Positions 48,001-59,753 of a DNA stretch of 64,000 nucleotides are shown piece by piece. Each line of letters starts with the position of its first letter. Position 1 is the stretch's first letter. The DNA is from Microbotryum violaceum. Its lineage: Eukaryota. The position numbers and the translations under genes are program-made. The stretch is taken from assembly GCA_001244265.2 (NCBI GenBank), contig CDLV01000007.1, forward strand, positions 1,736,001-1,800,000. Reading direction: 5' to 3'. The notes below the pieces were generated by a model. That model saw nothing but the letters and a program-made list of their open reading frames with translations. It was not told where the DNA came from and searched no databases.

Positions 48001-51000
48001 TTACCGCAAGGACCCGCAATGTCAACAAGCTATCAAGAACATTGACTCAACACCAGGCTACTCAGTCGACAATGGAATCGCACGGTTCGAAGGACGGATC
48101 CTCCTGCCAAAGACGGGGAACTTTTGGGAGGACGCGCTACATGACGCGCATGATGCCGCAGGCCATTTTGGACTACACAAGACGTATGAACACCTACGCC
48201 GCAACTTTATCTGGTCGGGAATGAAGGATGCATGCAAAGATTACGTTGAGTCCTGTGCTGCTTGTCAGACAATGAAGATGCATGGCACCGGTTTTGCCGG
48301 TCGGATCCACAATTTGAATGTGCCTGACCGGCCAATGCGGGAAGTTGGCCTAGACTTTGTCGGGCCACTTGTACCTAGCAATGGTAATGACGCACTGCTT
48401 ACGGTAACAGATCGCCTTTCAGGCTACGTTTGCCTCATCCCCTGCCGCACGACGGACGACGCGACTACCACGGCGGACCGGTTCTTTGAGGGGTGGCATC
48501 GACACTTCGGCATGCCACGAGTGCTGGTCTCCGACCGCGACAAGCTCTTCACAAGCGAGTTCTGGCGAGCGTACATGGGCCAGCTGGGAACGAAACTGGC
48601 AACATCGACGTCTTTCCACCCACAAACGGATGGCCGAAGCGAGTGAACAAATCGGACCGTGATCCAAGTCCTGCAAACAATGGTCAACCGACGGCAAAAT
48701 GACTGGTCAAAGCACTTGGCTACGGTGGAGTTTGTGATCAACTCCAGTATGAACAGGTCGACGGGGAAGACGCCATTTGAAGTGGTACTTGGGTTCACGC
48801 CGGAGCTGACACCGATCACCCCAGTGGAGGGCTCAACCACGTCACAGGCAGTCAAATCCATCGTGGAACAACGTGAAGCAGCGGTTGCGGAAGCCCGAGA
48901 CAATTTGGCAATTGCAAAGATCCGACAGGCCAACCAGAGCAACAAGGCGAGGAAACCGGAGCCCGGGTTTGCAGTTGGCAACATGGTCTTAGTTGACTCG
49001 CGGGATCGACGACTGCGGTACAAGGCCGATGGGGAAGCACGGTCAGCCAAACTCTTTCCCCGGTTTGACGGCCCCTACGAAGTCCTAGCAGCACGACCCG
49101 AAACCTCAAATTACAAGCTGAAGCTCAAGGCGGGGGACAAGTCGCACAACGTCTTCCACGCCTCCAAGCTCCGACGCTGGGTAAAGAACAATGGGGTGGT
49201 GTTCCCAGGACAAGAGGCAACAGAACCAGCGGCCATTATCGTCCAAGGAAACAAGGAGTGGGAGGTAGAACGGATTGTGGACGAAAAGGGGAAGGGGTCA
49301 AGGAAGAGGTTCTTGGTGAAATGGAAGGGGTGGGCAGACAGCGACAACACATGGGAGCCATGCTCACACCTGGAAGGCACCGCAGCGTTGGAAGAGTGGG
49401 AGAGTGGGAAGGCGGGGGGAGGACAAGGCAAGGAGGGAGGGTGTAAGGAGGGAGGGGAGTTTGGTTTAGGTGGTGGAGAGTGTAAGGCCCGTGCGCCTGG
49501 GCCTTAGGAAGAGGGGACGCGCGCCTGGGCACTCTTAGTCTCTCTCCAGCGACTGATACGAGTGTCCAGGTGAGCACAAGGTGGATCAGAAGGCATTGTC
49601 ATACCAGCGACTGATACGAGTGTCCAGTGTCAATTCTACATACTTTGGTCCTGTGATCCTTGTCGTCGTCGCTCAGGTGTACACTCCAACGGGGTGTATT
49701 ACAAAAGGTGGATATTTTGAGGATGGCTTTGGGACTGGGACTGGGACGGGGCCGGGATGGCTGTGGGGTGGCCGAGGGATGGTTGCCATCCTGGGATGAC
49801 CGTGGACAATCACAGCGCACTACCAGAGTTGGGCGCCTTAACTCTGCGACCATCCCGGGACCGTCCTGGGACCGTCCCCGCGACAGGTGCACCAATGCTG
49901 GGACCGTCCGGGGACCATTCCGGGACCCGCACCGATCCTGGGATGGTCCAGGAATTGACAGCGGTCTGGGCACGGTGCTGGGACGGCGCGGGGATAGTCC
50001 TGGGTCCCAGGATGATCCCGAGATGGTGCCAGGATAGTTGTGGTATCGATTAGTAGACAATTTAAATGTTACTTATGCATACTCGTAATGCTTGATTCAT
50101 TTGTAATCACTTTTGCGGTCGTTCTTTCGCTGGAATCGGGTGCGGTTTTCACATGCAATACAGTACAAGGCTAAACAAAAAAGGCAATATGACATCTGCT
50201 ACTCAAAACTGCTCTAGACGCGCATACAAGGCACCTACCGGAAGTGGTGGCTGCGCCCAATGACGGCCAACGCTTCATTCTGTCTGGGGCCAATAGAGCG
50301 TGTCAATGGCCTGCTCTATGTTCGAGACTTTAGTACTAATAGCTAGCAAGTAGCCGAGAGAGAGCGATTGACCCAGACCTGCTGCTATGGTAAGCTGTCG
50401 GAGACATTGTCAGTGAACCGCGAGCGAGTCAGCTGAGCCCCTGACTCCAAGGCTCTGATGTCGAAAAACGACCGAGCGGCTCGAAGATGAACCGGCGGCG
50501 ACTCACGTTGGGCCATGAAGTGCATTTGTATGATTGGTGTTCTGTACGAAACTAGTTGATGGTCAGTGTATGGCCTTGAGCCGTCAACAGCCTGGCGGAG
50601 GCGTAGGAGGCTCACTATGGTGTCCAAACAAATCTAACTACGACAGAGATGGAGAATTGACAAGCCTCAGCAGGAACATCAGCAAAGCTGGAAGCGAAAA
50701 AAGGAGGGAAGAAGAGCTTCAAACGAGGTCGGAGGTGCTGGGACGAGAGGGAGAGACTAACCCGAATCGGCACAGGGGCTAGCCAGTCAGCCCATCTGGG
50801 GAAGGAACGTAAAGCCCACCAGAGAGCAAGTCAGCTAGGCAAAGTATTGCAATCATGGATAGAAGATTCGTTAAGTGGAGAGTGAATCATACCACACACT
50901 GTACAGTCAACAGTCGAATGGCAACGGGCGGGAGTGCGCAGACAGAAGAAGTCCCGCCCATTGAGACAGGAGAACCGTGCACAACAAGGGTGACGACACT

Positions 51001-51947
51001 CCGGACGGTGGGTCGGGGAGCCCGTAAGGACCTTGCCATTTGCTATTCACCTGATGACTCGGTTGTTCAACCCGTGCCGGTGGGTTTGACAAGTGGTGGA
51101 TAACCAAGTGAGGGTAGTAGCAGCATGCAGGCGAGGTCAAGTCGAGTCAGGTTGACCATGAACGTGGCCCGTCGGTCGCACCATCAAATCGCCCGTACCA
51201 AACATGCCCATGGGCAATAGAGTACGAAGGCAAGAACAGTCCTTCATCATGAGTCAAGGCTAACCGGTGAGTAAGGGTCAGCGGACGTCGCCTCGCCGAT
51301 GATGACTGGGGACCCTCTTGCAACTGGGTGAGCGAGCGCGTGAGTGGAGCAGAGGCAAGGACTGTTAAGACCGACTCGCGTCGGCTGTCTTGTCGTGTCT
51401 TGCTCGGCCTTTCTCCTCCTTTCTCGGCTCGCCCCTGCTCATGCTGGACCCAACCCCAGCTCAACTGCGGCCGTCGTAATTCACGGCAATTGCAATCCAT
51501 ATCTTTCATCTGTACTGCGCATGCATACCGAGCCGTCCTTTGGACCCAAGGGGTAGAATTTCTGCACATGCTATACAAGCCCTACATCATGCCTCTAACT
51601 AGCCGGAAGCCTATGTATTCTGGTACACAGTCAGCACCATCCTGGAATTACCTCCTACTCCCGGTACCATGGGCGATTACACCAGAGTTCCAGAACCATA
51701 CCCGGACTGGCAACCTAGCGCCGCCGGGACCGTCCCGAGATCATTCCAGCGTCCGACTTTCGATCCTGAGACCGTCCTGAAATTCCTTCCTGATCCTGGG
51801 ATGGTCCCAAGAGGGCGAGCGCGTGCCAGGATCGTCCTAGAATTGAGCGCCGAGCGCCGGGATGGTGCTGGGATGGCGCCGGGATCGTCTCGGCAGAGCG
51901 CGCACTCCCAAAGCCATACCAGAAATACCCCCGTTTTTTGCTATGGG
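45070..51947. mobile_element. Non-autonomous CACTA/CMC-like TIR element with subterminal repeats; left TIR interrupted by chromovirus B
   Basis: CCCATAGCAAAAAA at 45070-45083 and its reverse complement at 51934-51947. The left TIR resumes at ~49689 (acggggtgtatt..atggctttggga), matching the right end. Many gggaccgtcc/ccatcccggga-type repeats at 49730-50035 and 51700-51890. TSD not resolved. Confidence 0.72.
45086..49688 (+). mobile_element. Ty3/Gypsy chromovirus B with inverted, partly deleted gag-protease segment
   Basis: LTRs 45086-45350 and 49481-49688. Minus-strand knuckle and protease (LADSGA) at 45358-46490. Plus-strand RT (YLDD), RNase H, integrase, chromodomain [21 protein letters not shown]. 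Flanks differ at one base (aagg vs acgg). Confidence 0.95.
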
Positions 51948-53248
51948 TGACCACTTTGGAGGATGATGAGGATGAGGATGAGGATAATAAGATTGTAGAC
52001 ATGTAGAAGTCTCTCTGTGCCAAATTAGGCAACTTCATGTCTCAGATTAGATCAAGATCAGATCAATCAAGGCAGAATCAGAAAAATCAGATCAGATCAA
52101 ATCCGATCTGGCGGTGATCTGATCTAATGCGGACCCTTGTAGTGTATACAGCGGGTCCGACAGCGCGTAGGAGTCAGGACCGTAGGTACGTACAACTGTC
52201 CAATCGATCACTCGAGGACGCGGCAAACTCACAGTGGGCAGCCGGAGTCCGTCCAGGCTGCGCGAGTCGTGCGGAATCGTCGAGCACGTCTTCGACGGCG
52301 CCGACAGTGCAATTGTGGACCGCCGTCCGGACGAATTCTTCCACCCCGACTTTAGACAATGCTCCTGACCAACGGATGCATAAGCTATGCGCCACGAAAA
52401 GGTCATCTGGAGAGTTGTGGAACAGGTGTAGAAACAAACGATTTCAGCGCTGCAATAGGATGCTAGCGAGACTACTACTGGCCACGAACTTGAAGACGTG
52501 TGACGGCTCGGAGCGATTTTGGCCATGGAGCATGGTTGGTACCTTGTAACACGATGTTCCGTAACAGTAATATGCACCAAAAAGGCGCAACAACCGGTCA
52601 AAAGTGGTAACAATATGCAGACCGTGTTACCGTCGTCGATAGAACACACATGTTGCACACTAAGTTCGGAACCCCACGTAGCACGCAACGATTCTGTTAC
52701 GAATTCGTATCCCGTAACATGTGTCATATGGTTGTGACCCAGATATATTTGGCTGGGCCCAGGACGGGGGGACGGCGTGCGAAGGTTCGCGAACGTCTAC
52801 TTCGCTCTTTGGCCCCGTTTGGGTCCGTGGGCTATTCATATTCAGCCTTTCTGAAGGGACGCCGCGCCTACAACGGCACGCGCCCAAGTTCGCTGACGCT
52901 GGGGAGCGCTGGCGGAAGCTGGCAGCTGCTGGCAGCCCGGCTAACGCCCAGCGATATTACCTCCTCTGGGCCTTGCACCTTCCTTCACCCACTCCATCTC
53001 CTCCACTCACCCCTCCCGACCGTATCGCCTGCATTGTTCTGCCGATCGACCTGTGGTCTCGCGTGCCGCAGCTGGCGTCTCCCAGTCTCGACTCGGATCG
53101 ACTGGGGCTTCATCGCGTCTGAAGATCTGAAGTGTGTGGTCGCGCGTCAGTCGCCGTGTGTGTGTGAGGTGTGTTGGCGTGTGCGTCAGACTTCGGAGGG
53201 AGCTAGCGTCGAGCAGCCTCCTATCGGCCGGTCCTCGTCATCGCCAAC

Positions 53249-56200
53249 ATGTTACCCGTTAACATTGTGTCAACCTTGCCACCGACACCGACACCTACAC
53301 CCTCGGACTCGACCTTCTCATCCGCGCCACCGTCGTCGACCACTTCGTCGCCGCGCTCGAGCTGCGCTGATTCACTGCCACTCGAGGACAACGACCTGCG
53401 ACAAGCACCCCCGCTCACGCTCGCACGTCGTGACTCTGCCTCGCCCGACGCTGCGGCCTCGACCTCTGCCTCTGTCTCGACCTCGTCGTCCTCGGGCCTT
53501 GGGTTTAATTACGAGGGTGATTCGACGGCCTCCAACTCGTCCGACTCGTACGACTCGGGCAATGAGGCGACAACACTAGCCAACTCGTCGAGCGCCACCG
53601 CGCGCACCAGTCCATCATCGAGGCGGTACCACCATGCCCCACCCTCGGCGACTTCGACCGCGGCGGACCATGTCGCTTCCTTCGCAGCTCTATCGCGACA
53701 AGGTTCGAGCTCGTATATGGGCAGCGCCCACCCTTCGTTGGAAACGGGCACACCGCGGTTAGACGCCCCGGGCTACCTCTACGGCTCGCCGAATCTGAAC
53801 CGAGCCGCCGCGCTACAACACTACGCCCATGCGCACTGGACCGACGAGGGCAACTACTTCTCCGCCGTGACGAGTCGTGCGCACAGCCCTGGACCCGACA
53901 TGGATGCGTTCCCGTCGCACCGCGTCATCTCGCAGAATCGCAGCCGAGGGCCTTCCGGCGCGACCACACCTGTGCACGAGGACAAGGAGTCGAGTGAGTA
54001 CAACCTCAAGCCGGTCTTTGTCGCCAGGAGGACCCATGTTGAACCGGTTCATTCTTCTTCCTGTAGTCAACTACAACACACATCATCATCAGACGTCGCT
54101 CCTGCTCTCCGAGTGGGCCGGGACGATAAAAGCCGATGGATCGCCCGTGCTCAGCAGCCAGAAGAAGAGGAGATCGGGGTGGTGGGGCCGAAGATCATCC
54201 GACGCACGGCGGAAGAACAGCGTCAGCGCGAGATCATCCTACAGCAGTGTTGCGACGCCGCCGTCACATTCGCCGAATGCCTCGCTCCTCCCGACGTCGA
54301 CGTCGAAAGCGAATCGAAACCGGACGTGTCTCTCCGCATTCGGCGCCGCGCTACTACGACAGACATGGGTCCCCACGCAGCCACTAACGATTCTCTTTGC
54401 ACTCGTGCTTATCGGATGTTTCGTCGCGAGCCTGACGACCTTTCTCGTGACCATCTTACGCGGCGATCGTGAGCCGCTACCTTACCGCCAATACATACAA
54501 GAGGCACGCCCCTTTCCCCACGACCTGTGCGATTCTCTCAAGCCTGTCTCTGTTTTTGTTGGCATCTTCTCCGTCTCCGCCGCTGCCGATCGACGCAACA
54601 TCATCCGTCAGACCTCGGCCAGACTCACAAAGCCGATTGACCCGAGGACGGGTGGACCATCGACGGACGTGCAGGTCAAATTCATTCTCGGCCGACCACC
54701 CAAGAAGTGGGCCAAACGCATCGCCCTTGAGATGGAGATGTATAATGACGTTGTCGTACTCGATATCGACGAGAACATGAACCGAGGCAAGACATGGAAA
54801 TATTTTGAGTGGGCCGCCGAGAATGCAACCGTGCCGGTGTATTATCGAACGGGGAAGGGCTCGAAAACTCAGATCGGCGTTGGCTTCAAGAAGGTCGACT
54901 ATGTCGCCAAATCGGACGACGACGCGTTCATCAACCTGAGCGAGCTGGAGCGGCATCTCCGCGTGTCACCGAGGGAAAAGACCTACTGGGGCTGTGAGTT
55001 CGAAGCAGGAATCCGTCTGAGTGTTGCCTTGTGCTGACTCTATTCTCCGACAGATCTTATCCGCAACTTATTCATGGCTGGCGAGTTGTACGCCGTGTCG
55101 CAGGATTTGGTGCAATACGTCGCCACTTATGCTCCGATCCGGCAACATACCTTTGGTGCCGAGGACCAGCGCTTCGCCAAGTGGATGCGCATGCACCCGA
55201 ACGCGTCGACCATCAACTGGGTATCCGAACGGGTCTGGATTTACGACTTCCCCAAAGCCCCGACGGTGTACGCCCATGGCTTCTTGTTTCCCGACGAGTT
55301 CGAACGCATTAGGCTTGAAGGACGCCGCGGGATCAGCGAGGAGGAGCGCATTAAGCGTGGTGGAGAGCTCAGCCAGGCTTACTCGACCGTCACCAAGTGG
55401 AGGCAGGAGTACGTTCCTCCGGTCAAAGGCTTGTCGATGGAGGAACAGGTTGAGGCTTTGGTCGAGGGAGGTGGGCGATGGTCGCACCAGGGCTGGCGAT
55501 CCGACAATGGGCGAGGGCCAGAGGCCGTGCGTTGGGATGCGGTCGTGTTCCAGAAGGACGACACTCGCCTCGTCGACTCTCGGATGGATCGACTGGGTGC
55601 TGCTCCTGACTTGAACGCGACGGGCGTTAAAGCTGGCGTGCCGGATGCGACCCAGGTTCTGCCGAGCGTCAGGACGACCAAGTTCGCCAAGGATCTGTTC
55701 CGTGATCCCGAGGGCGTTGCTGCGGTCCAGAAATCGGCCAAGCGCTCGCTCGTTAAGCGCGGACTCGACGTCGACGACGGCGCTCACAGTGTCGACGTCG
55801 AAATTCACAACTCTGTGATCCCGGACGTCGACTGGCTCGCCGAAACCATGGTTTTGTCCCCACCTGCATCCCAAACCAGCGGCGGGGCCACCGCGCCCTC
55901 CGGCTCGACCGTCAACAGCTCTTCACCTTCGTCTCCGTCTGCGCCCTCTGCCCCTGCCGACGCCGACACTACCGCCACGGTGACCTCGGCGGATCCTGCT
56001 GATGATCCTCGCAACGAGCCGACCGAGCAGATCCGCATCGGCGGCCACCACTACATTATCCCGTCTGAGCACCGATTGGTCCCCCCACCGACCCACCGCT
56101 TCGACGCTGCGGCCGTCTCGACGCGTCAAAAGCGCATGCTTGGCCGCGCTCACGGTGGCACTGTTGCCGTTCACTACATCAAGTACAACGAGTGGTTTTA

Positions 56201-56699
56201 CGAGACTGCACTCGCTCTGCTAGGGCGGGAAAAGATGTGGGACCACGGCTACGATACGGCCGCGATGGCGTCGTTTGGCGATGTCACAAGCTCGGAGATG
56301 TCCTCCGTCGCCTCCGTCGAGGTGTCGCGCCTCCCCGTGTGGACCGGAGCGGGCTTGGTCGAACAGGTCGAGTCGTACTGGGGTGGCGCCAGGATGTATG
56401 GCTCCCCGATCGTAGGAGACGATGGCTCGATCGTGGAGGGGCGACCGGCTGAACCAAGGCGCGAGGTTGTGCAGAACTTGCCCGATAGCACGATGGCGAG
56501 TTTCGGCGGGAGGAGGACTACTTCGGCAGTGTCGTTCGCTGTTGCCCTCGAGGAAGGCGTCGAGGCCAAGATTGGTGGCGACGTTCATGAACCGAGTGCT
56601 GTGCTCGAGGTCAAGATGTCCGAGGAACCGACATCGTCATCGCCACCGACCGCTTCAAGCGAACTTGTCGACAACGTACTCGTGCTCCGAGAGAGATAA
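53249..56699 (+). CDS. Glycosyltransferase family 31 (beta-1,3-galactosyltransferase-like) type II membrane protein, 3 exons
   Basis: Introns ~53994-54066 and ~54994-55052 join the three ORFs. TM segment LTILFALVLIGCFVASLTTFLVTIL. GT31 motifs RRNIIRQT, VKFILG, DIDENMNRGKT, YVAKSDDDAF, YWG, FMAGELYAVSQDLV, AEDQ. Confidence 0.88.
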
Positions 56700-57167
56700 C
56701 GGCGTTCGACACCCACCTGCAGATAGGTATATTACGTCAATCTTGGTTTCGGAACATTCTTGTAATGCACTTTCCCACTCGTTCCAAGTAGATATTGTGA
56801 TCGCCTCTCGTGTATATTGTCAACACTTTGCCTATGCCCACTTTTCGAACCTTACGCATCTTCTCCCTTCCGCCCCATTTCCCTTCGAGTACGCATCCCT
56901 AGTTTGGTGTATGTGTGTGTTTGTACAACCCGTAATTTACTCTCGCTCTTGGAAGATGCGTCGTTTCTTCTTCTGATGGTGCTCATCATTGCTAGTATCG
57001 ATTGGCGCGTTAGGCGAGATCACCTTTTCTTGCCTGCGTTCTCCACTCCGATAGCTATCGCGATTCTGTCGAGACGAAATAACGGCTTAAATGACAACAA
57101 AAGTATACCAAGCATGGTCCAAACCATTTCGAACCCAATTCTCCTTCTATCAAGCTGACCGCGCTTT

Positions 57168-57823
57168 CTATGATGAGCTTTCCGCAGGGTCGTACGACGC
57201 CGCGGCTGGATCATCCACTTCGTTCGGAGTCGCGACAGGTATCCTGACCAATCGTTCGGGGAGGAGATTATGTGTCGAGGTTTCACTCGCTTCGGCTTCT
57301 TTGCGTTGTTGTTCCAACGAGGCTGTGTGGAGGGACGGGAAGTGTTTTAGTGTTTTTAGGGGTTAGGGGCTTCTCGGATGAAGGGATCGGGGAGGAGGTT
57401 TCGGGATGAGTCGACCTTACCTAAGGCCAAGTGTGTCGCCCTGAAGGCGGTTTGCCAATGTTCGACGACGTCCCCGACGGCTGGGAAGAGAACGACAGTG
57501 AGCACACCAAAGTCAGGGCGCGCCGCTCCTTTGCCCACACGTCGCGTCGCGTGATCACGTGGGACCCCCAACCAGCAATGTGTCAATGATCGCCACCGCT
57601 GAACCCGTGACTGACCTTCACTGCCCCCATCCAATACCATATACTGATCACTGAACTGGCTCAAAAAATCAAGCAACTGTTGCGACTGCTGATGGATCTT
57701 GTAAAAGGCCTCGTATTCGCGTTGCTTGTCCATCAGCCGCTGCATCGAGGGGGTGAAGCCGGAGGAATGGTGTGATTCGGTCGGGAGGAGCGAGGAGGCG
57801 CGCGGGTGGTGGTGGTAGGACAT
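57168..57823 (-). CDS. DAD2: DASH/Dam1 kinetochore complex subunit Dad2, 3 exons
   Basis: RLMDKQREYE..LDGGSE|AVGDVVEHWQTAFRA..|..LLPERLVRIP fits the Dad2 pattern (DG.EAV..V..NW..V.RA; LP..LVRIP). TAG at 57168-57170. Confidence 0.82.
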
Positions 57824-58102
57824 GATGATGCGAGTGCGAGGGGTGAGGAGGGGAGGGGCTACAGAAAGTACGTGTGGGCGTACGCAGGTGAGTGAACATG
57901 GCTGAACGCGGTCGACGCGGCGCGCTCCGAAAATTGACACGCGTTTGAAGCGAATGCCTTTCTTTGATCACATTATTAAATCGCGCAGTTTGTAACGACG
58001 ACTTAGGGGAGGAACCCACGTCATTCTGGAGCTCGGTCCCATTGTCTGCTCGTCTCCAACCGCTCACTTGTCCCTTTCTGACCGGACACGCCACAGTCCG
58101 CC

Positions 58103-59461
58103 ATGACCACCGCCTCCACTTCTTCCTTTTCCGCCAAAAGGTCCCAGTCTGATGACGTGGACCAGACTCCTGCTGAGCCTTTGAAGTCGATCGCACCAAC
58201 CGATTCACATGCCCCCGCTGAGACCGCCGACAAAGCTTCGGCTAGTAAAGTTGCCAAGGTGGACAAGCATCCGGAACCCGAAGCAACCGAGGAGAAGCAA
58301 GACGGTCTTCACGTTGAAGACGAGGATGAGGACGAGAACGACTCGAATGCGATCGCCCCGTCTCACATCGCCAACCTTACCAAGCTGTACGAGGACGGTA
58401 TTCTCGAAGCCGTCAATGATGGAGAGACGGTCCACTATCCTTACAATGCGACGTACAATCAGATAATTTCCATGTGGTACGCACGCCTTGAAGCTCTCCT
58501 TACACGGGCCGAACAATGAACGCTCCTTAGGCATAACATTGACCTTGGAGCGTCCCTCCCATTGTGATCGTAGGCAAGGCGATATCACAGTTCGTCCGAC
58601 TCCCGCGTCTTTGCTATCATCGCTTCGTTCTGACGGACACCCCTACTCCGACCCACAGCACCTCAAAGTAGACGCCATCGTTAACGCGGCCAACAACTCG
58701 CTCCTCGGAGGCGGTGGCGTCGACGGATCGATCCATCGAGCCGCTGGGCCCAATCTACTTAAAGAATGCAGACCTTTAAAAGGGTGCGAAACCGGTCGGA
58801 CCAAGATCACCAAAGGTCATAGACTGCCCTCCAAACATGTCTTGCACACCGTCGGCCCGATCTACTCGAGGAATGCCCGACAAGAGAGTGAAGAGTTGCT
58901 CAGGGGTTGCTACAAGACGTGTTTGGCCTTGGTCAGGAAGCATGCACTCACCTCGGTGGTGCGTACATCAAATGTTGTCAATACTGTCGCTCGAGTGTGC
59001 TGAGCATGAAGATCATGTTCGTGCAGGCTTTCTCGGGCATCTCGACCGGCGTCTACGGTTACCCCCTGAGCGATGCCGCCCAAGTCGCCCTTGACGAGGT
59101 CCGCCAATTCCTCGACAATGACGAGTATGGATCCAAGGCAAGTCCCACGATACACATACTCTGCTCTGGACTTGAAATTGGGACCAGATGACTAAGGTCC
59201 CTCTCCTCTGCGACTGCGCATCGCTCAGATCAAGCACATTGTCTTCACCAACTTTCGACAGATCGATGTCGATCAATGTAGGCGTCGGTTCTCCCTACTG
59301 CCTCAGCAGTCTCGAGTCGTCCCACTCATGTTCTATCATTGTTGCATCGCTCTCCAGATCTTCGCCATGTACCAGCCTACTTCCCGCCCGCTCCGTCAGA
59401 GGTGCAAGATGAGTTGAAAGAGCCCAGAGAGGGGCCTGATCAGACAGGTTCTTGCTCCTGA
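58103..59461 (+). CDS. Macrodomain protein (MacroD/YmdB-type ADP-ribosylhydrolase / O-acetyl-ADP-ribose deacetylase), multi-exon
   Basis: [68 protein letters not shown], and a late YFP motif. TGA at 59459-59461. Confidence 0.92.
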
Positions 59462-59753
59462 AAGGTCGACGATACAACACCAGTTCAATTCGGCGTGCAG
59501 TGTTCTGCTATGGCATCACAAAGGCTAGTTTGTTGTGCATGGGCAGAGTGCCATGGATGAATCACTTGGTGTGTCGAGGTCGATTCGACGCTCTCCGACC
59601 ATACCTATACAAGCAAGATAGATGCCAGCGAGAGATGCCAGCGGCGGAAACTAAGCAATATGAATGGTCAACACGACCTGCCTCACGTTACAATCAAAAG
59701 CACGAAGAAAGAAGAGTTACAAACAATCTAAAAGCCAAATCCCTATGAAGGTC

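Noticed and set aside
52540-52800. Scattered GTAAC/GTTAC motifs and a GGTTCG box suggesting a tRNA or small element
   Set aside because: No cloverleaf, A-box, TIR or TSD could be built.
53877-54472. Long overlapping ORFs suggesting a programmed frameshift or dual coding in the GT31 gene
   Set aside because: A canonical GTGAGT..TAG intron (~53994-54066) explains the frame change.
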